Source of the DNA: Nostoc punctiforme PCC 73102
GTDB lineage: Bacteria > Cyanobacteriota > Cyanobacteriia > Cyanobacteriales > Nostocaceae
Length of the DNA: 32,000 bases
Reading direction: 5' to 3'
Assembly (NCBI RefSeq): GCF_000020025.1
Contig: NC_010628.1
Location: 2,850,001-2,882,000, forward strand
A program made the position numbers and the translations under genes. The notes under the pieces are model-generated. The model had not been told where the DNA came from, ran no database searches, and was given only the letters and a program-made list of their open reading frames with translations. Positions 15,270 to 21,336 of the stretch are shown in pieces (the stretch's first letter is position 1; every line of letters begins with the position of its first letter).

Positions 15270-16669
15270 TTAGCCGGACTGAATGTTAGGTTGAACTTCG
15301 CGCAACCGACGTTCCAGAAAACGACGCTCACTGTCATTTGTCACTAATTCTAGTGCCCGTGTATAGCTCTGGGTCGCTTCCTCTAATGCTCCAACACGCC
15401 GGAATAAATCTGCACGGGTGGCATGAAAGAGATGATAGCTGTCCAGTTCTGGAGCAAGGCTATCAATCAGTCCAAATGCGGCTTGAGGACTGTCTGCTAT
15501 TGCGATCGCCACTGCTCGGTTCAAGGTCACAATGGGTGAGGGCTGCAAGCGTTCCAACACCTCATAGAGCCGCACGATCTGCGCCCAGTCTGTTTCTTCG
15601 GCGCGGGTTGCCTGACAATGGAGGGTGGCGATCGCCGCTTGCAGGGCATACACTCCGGTTCCAAAGAGCAACGCTTCCTCTACCAGAGGTAACGCCCCAG
15701 CAATCTGTAGATGATTCCAACGACTGCGATCCCGATCTTCTTCTAGCAAAATCAAATCGCCTGCCTCATCTAGACGCGCATTGCGCCGCGAATCGTGCAA
15801 TAACATCAGCGCCACCAGTGCTGTGACTTCAGATGGGGGTTGGGGTGCCAGCAATTGCCGCACCAGTTGCCCCAAGCGAATCGCTTTGATGCAGAGGTCA
15901 GCCCGCACGATCGCATCTCCTTTGGTTGCGGCATAGCCTTCGTTGAAGATGAGATAGATGACTGTCAGGAATGCCTCTATCCGGGGAGCGAGATCAGTCG
16001 TCTCAGGTACTTTGTAAGGAATGCCTGCGTCTCGAATTTTGCGTTTAGCACGAACTAACCGCTGTGCCATTGTTGCAGTCGGTATAAGAAAGGCGCGGGC
16101 AATTTCGTCGGTTTCCAGTCCACCTAACATTCGGAGGGTCAACGCTACTTGAGTTTCCGTTGCCAGTGCCGGGTGACAGCAGGTAAAGATTAATCGCAGG
16201 CGATCATCTCCAATTTCATCACTGTCATAGGTTGCAATACTGCTCGGTTAAGGATTTTTAACTCGGAGTTGGGTTTGGGGAAAAGGTTAAAGGGTAAAGG
16301 TTAAAGGTTTTTTCTTTCCCCTTCTCCTTTTCCCCTTAACCGACAAGTATTGTCATAGGTTGGTTCTTCAGTGGATGGAATTAAGCCAGATGCCGCATAC
16401 CACTCTAGTTTTTCGGTCAGTTTCGTGCGTCGTCGGAGGCGATCGATCGCCTTGTACCGGGCAGTTCGGATAATCCAGGCACGGGGACGATCGGGAATAC
16501 CGTCGCTTTCCCACTGATTCACTGCCGCTGTAAATGCTGCCTGTGCAGCTTCTTCAGCTACATCAAAATCTCCGACCAGCCGAATCAGAATAGCGACAAT
16601 GCGCCCCCATTCAGTTCGATAAAGGGCAGCAATTGCTTGAGCCACATCTGTTTTTGGGATTGAAGCCAT
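15270..16669 (-). pseudogene. ECF-type sigma-70 family factor with long C-terminal extension, split by a MITE
   Basis: The N-terminal part (16351-16669) carries region 2 (PRAWIIRTARYKAIDRLRR). The C-terminal part (15270-16234) carries region 4 (ALTLRMLGGLETDEIARAFLIPTATMAQRLVRAKRKI) plus a TPR-like tail. Removing 128 nt (element plus one target copy) joins ...STEEPTYD to SDEIGDDRLRLIFTCCHPAL in frame, giving 423 aa. Confidence 0.8.
16235..16350. mobile_element. MITE-like insertion (about 116 bp) with terminal inverted repeats and target-site duplication
   Basis: The TIRs are CAATACTGCTCGGTTAAGG (left) and CCTTAACCGACAAGTATTG (right), matching 17/19. The direct repeat TGTCATAGGTTG occurs at 16223-16234 and 16351-16362. 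The exact TSD length (10-12 bp) is ambiguous because TG is shared with the TIR. The interior is G/A-rich versus C/T-rich and self-complementary (GGGGAAAAGG...CCTTTTCCCC). Confidence 0.75.
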
Positions 16670-16703
16670 ACCTTTGACAAAAAGACATAAAGAATTTTCG
16701 GCA

Positions 16704-16734
16704 AGGTGTCGATTTGAGCAATTGCCGTTCGACT
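16704..16734 (+). promoter_or_regulatory. Copy 1 of a 31-bp direct repeat in the sigma/YciI divergent region (candidate ECF-type promoter)
   Basis: AGGTGTCGATTTGAGCAATTGCCGTTCGACT. It recurs 83 bp downstream with 28/31 identity. The spacing GGTGTC-N15-CGTTCG resembles ECF -35/-10 architecture. This is inference only. Confidence 0.3.
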
Positions 16735-16786
16735 GACTGATAAAGAGAGATAAAGTTCAATCGTACTAGACAAAATTTTTGCACTC

Positions 16787-16817
16787 AGGTGTCGATTTGG
16801 ACAATTCCCGTTCGACT
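16787..16817 (+). promoter_or_regulatory. Copy 2 of the 31-bp direct repeat, 23 nt upstream of the yciI-like start
   Basis: AGGTGTCGATTTGGACAATTCCCGTTCGACT, followed by AAGGAGG (16826-16832) and the ATG at 16840. Confidence 0.3.
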
Positions 16818-16839
16818 TAATCACAAAGGAGGCAACCGA

Positions 16840-17199
16840 ATGAAATATTTGCTGCTGATTTATATGGACGAAAACGCCATGAGCGACACCGAGCGGGAGC
16901 ATTGCTATGGGGAATCTGCCCAACTCGCCCAGGATTTGCATACTCAAGGACAATTTCTGGCGACGGCTCCACTCCATCCTGTTGCAACCGCAACCAGTGT
17001 CCAAGTCCGTGATGGCAAATCACTCGTGACCGATGGACCATTTGCCGAAACCCGCGAACAATTGGGTGGATTCTTCCTCGTTAATGCTCAGGATTTGGAT
17101 GAAGCCATTGCGATCGCCACCCGCATCCCAGGTGCAAAAGTCGGCACCGTCGAAATCCGTCCTGTCATCGAAGTTGCGGGACTACCAGCACAGCCCTGA
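16840..17199 (+). CDS. YciI-family (DGPF-domain) protein
   Basis: ATG at 16840 with an AAGGAGG SD. MKYLLLIYMDE...LVTDGPFAETREQLGGFFLVNAQDLDEAIAIA is the YCII/DGPF signature. The track ORF starts earlier, at 16789. Confidence 0.85.
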   Translation: MKYLLLIYMDENAMSDTEREHCYGESAQLAQDLHTQGQFLATAPLHPVATATSVQVRDGKSLVTDGPFAETREQLGGFFLVNAQDLDEAIAIATRIPGAKVGTVEIRPVIEVAGLPAQP

Positions 17200-17234
17200 C
17201 CGTCCTTAACCGCTTGAACTCAAGGAGAACCCTC

Positions 17235-17732
17235 ATGCAAAACAATTCCAAAATCACTCCCTGTTTATGGTTTGACGATCAAGCCGAAGCCGCCGCTCAG
17301 TTTTATACGTCGATTTTTCGCAATTCCAAAATTGTCCACGTCAGTCGATATGGAGACGCTGGACAGGAAATGAAAGGAAAACCAGCCGGAGCCGTCATGA
17401 CTGTCAGCTTTGAACTTGATGGTCAGCCGTTCACAGCACTCAACGGTGGTCCGACCTTCAAATTTAACGAGGCGATTTCCTTCCAAATCTTTTGCGATAC
17501 CCAGGCGGATGTGGACGATTACTGGCAAAAATTGTCTGCCGGTGGGGATGAAACCGCACAGCAATGCGGCTGGCTCAAAGACAAATACGGCGTCTCCTGG
17601 CAAATTATTCCTCGCATTCTGATTGAGTTACTCAACCACCCCGACGCGGCAACCTCTCAAAAAGTGACCACTACCATGCTGCAAATGAAGAAGATCGAGA
17701 TTGATGAACTCAAGCGTGTCGCTGCTGATTAG
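17235..17732 (+). CDS. VOC-superfamily protein (PhnB / 3-demethylubiquinone-9 methyltransferase-domain type)
   Basis: ATG at 17235 with an AAGGAG SD. ITPCLWFDDQAEAAAQFYTSIF...VMTVSFELDGQPFTALNGGP...CGWLKDKYGVSWQI is typical of this domain. Confidence 0.8.
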   Translation: MQNNSKITPCLWFDDQAEAAAQFYTSIFRNSKIVHVSRYGDAGQEMKGKPAGAVMTVSFELDGQPFTALNGGPTFKFNEAISFQIFCDTQADVDDYWQKLSAGGDETAQQCGWLKDKYGVSWQIIPRILIELLNHPDAATSQKVTTTMLQMKKIEIDELKRVAAD

Positions 17733-17819
17733 CGGTTCCTTCAAAGTTGCGCTTTGCGCTAATCAGCACACTCAACCCCTCGCAATCTAACTCAAAACCA
17801 TTCAACAGGAGATTTCACA

Positions 17820-18251
17820 ATGAAAGTCATGGTCTTTGTCAAAGCAACCCAAGACTCCGAAACTGGGGTCATGCCGAGCGAACAGCTTTTAACTGAAATG
17901 GGGCAGTACAACGAAGAATTAGCGAGGGCAGGTATCTTGCTCGCCGCTGAGGGGTTTCATCCTAGCTCAAAAGGGGTGCGAGTTCACTTTTCAGGAACCG
18001 ATCGCACCGTCACTCAGGGACCTTTCACTCCAGCGCAGGAGCTAGTGGCAGGGTACTGGCTGTGGCAGGTGAACTCAATGTCCGAGGCAGTTGCTTGGGT
18101 AAAGCGCTGCCCTAACCCTATGCCAGGAGACTCCGAGATTGAGATTCGTCCCGTATTCGAGGCAGAGGATTTTGGTGAAGTCCTGACACCCGCCTTAAGG
18201 GAGCAGGAAGACCGCATTCGCGCTCAACTTGAAACGCAGCAGCAACAGTAA
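17820..18251 (+). CDS. YciI-like family protein
   Basis: MKVMVFVKATQDSE...VTQGPFTPAQELVAGYWLWQVNSMSEAVAWVKRCP. The pattern is YCII-like (GPF ... G-x-W ... S-x-x-E-A). Confidence 0.8.
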   Translation: MKVMVFVKATQDSETGVMPSEQLLTEMGQYNEELARAGILLAAEGFHPSSKGVRVHFSGTDRTVTQGPFTPAQELVAGYWLWQVNSMSEAVAWVKRCPNPMPGDSEIEIRPVFEAEDFGEVLTPALREQEDRIRAQLETQQQQ

Positions 18252-18335
18252 CGTCATCAGCAACCGCACAAATGATATTCATGTGCGAACGATCCGCTCA
18301 TCAAGACGCAGAATCGATTACAAAAGGAGAAATCA

Positions 18336-18746
18336 ATGAAACTCAATTCTTACCTGATGTTCAACGGCAACTGTGAGGCAGCGTTCAAGTTCTATGAACA
18401 ATGTCTGGGTGGCAAGATGACTATGATGATGACACACAAAGAAGCACCTTCTGCCGAGAATGTCTCACCGGAATGGCAGGACAAAATCATGCACGCTTGC
18501 CTTGAACTAGACGATCGCCTCCTGATGGGATCTGACTGCCCACCAGGATACTTTGAAACACCGCAAGGTTTCTACGTACAAATTAGCGTTCCCCAAATCG
18601 CTGAGGCAGAACGGCTTTTTCACGCTCTGGCAGAAAACGGCAAGGTGAAGATGGCGATCGCGCAAACGTTCTGGTCATCGCGCTTTGGCATGTTGACCGA
18701 TCAGTTTGGGACACCGTGGATGATCAACTGCGAACAAACCATCTGA
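18336..18746 (+). CDS. VOC-family protein (PhnB-like)
   Basis: AAGGAG SD. MKLNSYLMFNGNCEAAFKFYEQCLGG...IMHACLELDDRLLMGSD...FWSSRFGMLTDQFGTPWMIN is a classic PhnB/glyoxalase-fold pattern. Confidence 0.8.
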   Translation: MKLNSYLMFNGNCEAAFKFYEQCLGGKMTMMMTHKEAPSAENVSPEWQDKIMHACLELDDRLLMGSDCPPGYFETPQGFYVQISVPQIAEAERLFHALAENGKVKMAIAQTFWSSRFGMLTDQFGTPWMINCEQTI

Positions 18747-18790
18747 GCCGAATGGCACGCTTGAAAAGCTGAAACCTCCTTGCTGGCAGG

Positions 18791-18847
18791 GTGTGGGAGG
18801 TGTGGGAGGACGGGGAAGAAGTTTTACCCCCCACACTCCCCACACTC
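18791..18847 (+). terminator. Imperfect hairpin built from inverted GTGTGGG-type repeats after the operon's fourth gene
   Basis: GTGTGGGAGGTGTGGGAGG ... CCCCCCACACTCCCCACACTC. Two 7-bp blocks pair on each arm. It lies about 45 nt after the stop at 18746. Confidence 0.45.
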
Positions 18848-18924
18848 AAAATCTTGTTATATCAGGGCTTTGCAATTAACAAGCGTGCCATTCCCATCTG
18901 AGCGTATACCAACATCTGTCATTC

Positions 18925-18964
18925 GTCCTTTGTCCTTTGTAAATAGCCACTGACCACTGACCAA
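18925..18964. repeat. Two short heptamer (STRR-type) arrays
   Basis: GTCCTTT x2 (18925-18938) and CCACTGA x2 plus a partial unit (18947-18963), upstream of the GST gene. Confidence 0.6.
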
Positions 18965-19005
18965 CAACAAGATGAAAGATATTTGCACATCACTGAGGTT
19001 GATTC

Positions 19006-19638
19006 ATGAAACTCTATGAATTTGCTCCCACACGATCAATTCGGGTTCGCTGGGTTCTTCAGGAACTTGGGGTGGAATTTGAAGCAATCTCCATCAACAT
19101 GCAGGCAGGTGAACACCGTACACCCGATTTTCTCACCATCAATCCCACTGGCAAGCTCCCTGTACTCATTGATGGCGAACATATCATCACTGAATCCGTA
19201 GCCATTGCTTTGTACCTCGGTGAGAAGTACCCAGAATCTAACCTGGTACCCACAGACTTGCTTCTGCGAGCACAGCTTTATCGTTGGCTTCTCTTTACTG
19301 CCACCGAATTGGAACAGCCGCTATGGCGTATCGCTCGCCACACGTTTATATACCCAGAAGAGTTGAGATTGCCTGCTGAAATACCTCTCGCTCGGCAAGA
19401 CTTCACCAGTATGGCTGTCGTTTTAGAGAACCATCTGTTGGATCGGCAGTTTGTACTGGGTGAACACGTCACAGTGGCTGATTTTGTGCTTGCTTACACA
19501 CTTGATTGAGCGAACGAAGTTCAGCTACTCGCCACTTTTCCCACGCTGGTAGACTACATGGAACAAATGTACAAACGACCAAAGGCATCTGGGCGAATCG
19601 CAGCTGCACTTGCAAGTCTCAATCAGACCTCACAATGA
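19006..19638 (+). pseudogene. Glutathione S-transferase with in-frame TGA at a conserved Trp position
   Basis: The N-domain reads MKLYEFAPTRSIRVRWVLQELG...KLPVLIDGEHIITESVAIALYL. The same frame continues through the TGA at 19507-19509: ...FVLAYTLD*ANEVQLLATFPTLVDYMEQMYKRPKA.... GSTs typically have D-W-A here, so the change is TGG to TGA. Confidence 0.8.
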
Positions 19639-19658
19639 TTCACAAAAGGAGATGTCTA

Positions 19659-19748
19659 ATGGAACCCAACCAAGCTGAACAAACCTCACCCATGCCTGCT
19701 CAACCGCAAAAAGAAAGAACATCAGTGGCTTCACAAACTCGTCGGTGA
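19659..19748 (+). pseudogene. Stub of a DUF1579-like gene (frameshifted and truncated)
   Basis: After a GGAG SD the frame reads MEPNQAEQTSPMPAQPQKE.... Shifting frame in the run CAAAAAGAAAGAA gives KEHQWLHKLVGD, the E-H-x-W-L-x-x-LVG-x-W opening of DUF1579-type proteins. Similarity is lost by about 19750. Confidence 0.3.
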
Positions 19749-19857
19749 CATCCAGGTTAATTTTTCCAGCTTCTACCAATTGCAGCGCTGCGATCGCTTC
19801 TAGACGCAATCATTGTCTAGCAAAAGCCAAGTCACTTCAACGATATCATCAAAGCTG

Positions 19858-20499
19858 TTAATCTCCTGAACAGTCTTCTTCATCTACCCAATCTTCATCC
19901 CAGAGAAGTTCATTGTAAACCTTAGTTGTTTGAGATATTTTTAGGTTGTGAGCTGCTGTCACACAATTTCTTGGTTGCCAGCCAATGAGGGCATATTTTC
20001 CATGTAAATGTCTGACAGCATTTTTGCAGTCATTAATTACTGGAATATCTTCTTTGATGTATTTCCGCAATTGGACTCCTAAACGAATTGCCTCCATTTC
20101 ATAATTTTGAAAGTAGGGTTCTTCAACATCAGGTGTAGAAATCAGCAATGCTCTCACCCAGGCATGACTTTTATAGATAGCCTTCGCTACAACTAAATTG
20201 ACTTGTTTTGGTGTCCAGTTGCTCCTTTGTAAAAAGTTATCTATTGCTGATTCATCATCTAAATCTATATCTACATTAGATTCTGAAAGTATTTCCGAGA
20301 TATCTGTATTTTCTAGGAACAGTTCGTACCATTCTTGAAATGTTTCGGGACTAAATAGTTTTCGCGCTTCTTCAAATGAAATTTTCTCCCATCCTGCATC
20401 TGTAACTATTTCGTTACCAGTCTTTGCAATGAACAGATTCTTTTCTTCTACCATCCAAGGGAAGGATGGCTTCTGATGTTTTCTCTTTCGTTTACCCAT
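19858..20499 (-). CDS. Hypothetical protein (213 aa), basic N-terminus and acidic C-terminus
   Basis: Long ATG ORF on the same strand as, and downstream of, the BREX genes. It starts MGKRKRKHQK and ends ...WDEDWVDEEDCSGD. I recognise no domain. Confidence 0.55.
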   Translation of the reverse strand: MGKRKRKHQKPSFPWMVEEKNLFIAKTGNEIVTDAGWEKISFEEARKLFSPETFQEWYELFLENTDISEILSESNVDIDLDDESAIDNFLQRSNWTPKQVNLVVAKAIYKSHAWVRALLISTPDVEEPYFQNYEMEAIRLGVQLRKYIKEDIPVINDCKNAVRHLHGKYALIGWQPRNCVTAAHNLKISQTTKVYNELLWDEDWVDEEDCSGD

Positions 20500-20668
20500 T
20501 GAGCCATTGCAATGTCTATCGCCTTGCCGCCTAAACGTCTACGCACTCAACTTTAATGCTACCGTTGATTATTTGGTAGGCTTCTTTACCAAAGAGCAAC
20601 TCCTGTTTGTGACAGTACGTACACTACAAGACAAAAGTATTGTTTTTTACCTATGTTTAACAGGAGTA

Positions 20669-20929
20669 TCACCCACAAAAATCATCCACCCGGATATCCC
20701 GCCAAATGTCAGAAATCTGCCAGCCAGAGTTGCCAACAGACTGTACTGGAGGATTGTCAAGGAATGGAATATAGTCAGGAACTCTAGCCACTGGAATTGC
20801 TGCTGGTTGCTCATCAACTACAGGGGCTGAGGAATTGACGGTATCAGCTTGAAGATTTTGGTCTTCAGTGTGTTGGATTTCCATCATTTTCTTCAGAGTC
20901 AGCTTGTCGGATTTTTTGATGATCTTCAT
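20669..20929 (-). CDS. Hypothetical protein (86 aa)
   Basis: ATG ORF between brxHI and the 213-aa ORF, on the same strand. No recognisable motif or SD. Confidence 0.35.
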   Translation of the reverse strand: MKIIKKSDKLTLKKMMEIQHTEDQNLQADTVNSSAPVVDEQPAAIPVARVPDYIPFLDNPPVQSVGNSGWQISDIWRDIRVDDFCG

Positions 20930-21336
20930 AATCTATCTTGTTAATGTTTTCATTCACTGCTCCCCAAAGGCATCGGCTGAAAATCTGGATGACAGCAAAG
21001 TTGGGAGAAATTGGGTGTTAATAATTGCACGGAATAAACAAGATACAGCAAATCTATGGAAAATACGAGTCTCTTGCTGAGGAATTTATCTTTTTCGATA
21101 CAAATTTCTTTTTCGTGCAGATGTCACAATATTTTACACAGATGTTTTGGGCACTCTTTAGCCTTATAGGAACCATTGATTCCCAAAATCAAACTGGAAA
21201 GGATTTTTTGCAGACAGGGAATTTTGATAACAAGCGTAGGTGATGATGAGCGCAACCCACAGTCTTTTAAACTTTGACTTGATTTTAGTTCAATCTAAGG
21301 TATCTCGCTCAAAGTGGCTTTGTTACTGAGATAAAA

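Noticed and set aside
15338-15826. A 162-aa plus-strand ORF inside the sigma-factor C-terminal region.
   Set aside because: It is antisense to a well-supported sigma region 4/TPR-like sequence. It is Arg/Leu/Ser-rich, as GC-rich antisense frames typically are.
16585-17004. A 139-aa minus-strand ORF spanning the sigma/YciI divergent region (also 16817-17041).
   Set aside because: It overlaps the start of the sigma gene and the yciI-like gene in antisense and crosses the putative promoter repeats. It is not credible as a gene.
17204-17212. CCTTAACCG, identical to the inner part of the MITE right TIR, seen between the yciI-like and VOC genes.
   Set aside because: Only 9 nt match, with no partner TIR or duplication nearby. 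It is probably chance.
3533-19509. Could the in-frame TGAs at Trp-like positions (3533-3535, 19507-19509) indicate TGA-to-Trp or selenocysteine recoding?
   Set aside because: Many well-supported genes here terminate with TGA at the expected length (for example the OmpA fragment and pglX at the ATGA overlap). In-frame TAA and TAG lesions also occur, and no SECIS-like context is apparent. Simple TGG-to-TGA transitions are the economical explanation.
19506-19748. An 80-aa plus-strand ORF after the GST stop.
   Set aside because: It is out of frame with the GST tail, whereas the GST frame itself continues with a convincing C-terminal sequence after the TGA. This ORF is an artefact of the pseudogene plus the next gene stub.
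20507-21243. Plus-strand ORFs of 107, 70 and 72 aa (20507-20830, 20868-21080 and 21025-21243) in the region downstream of brxHI.
   Set aside because: The translations are AT-rich and low-complexity (Phe/Ile/Leu/Asn-rich), partly antisense to the 86-aa ORF, with no SD or motif. I cannot strictly exclude them, but they are unsupported.
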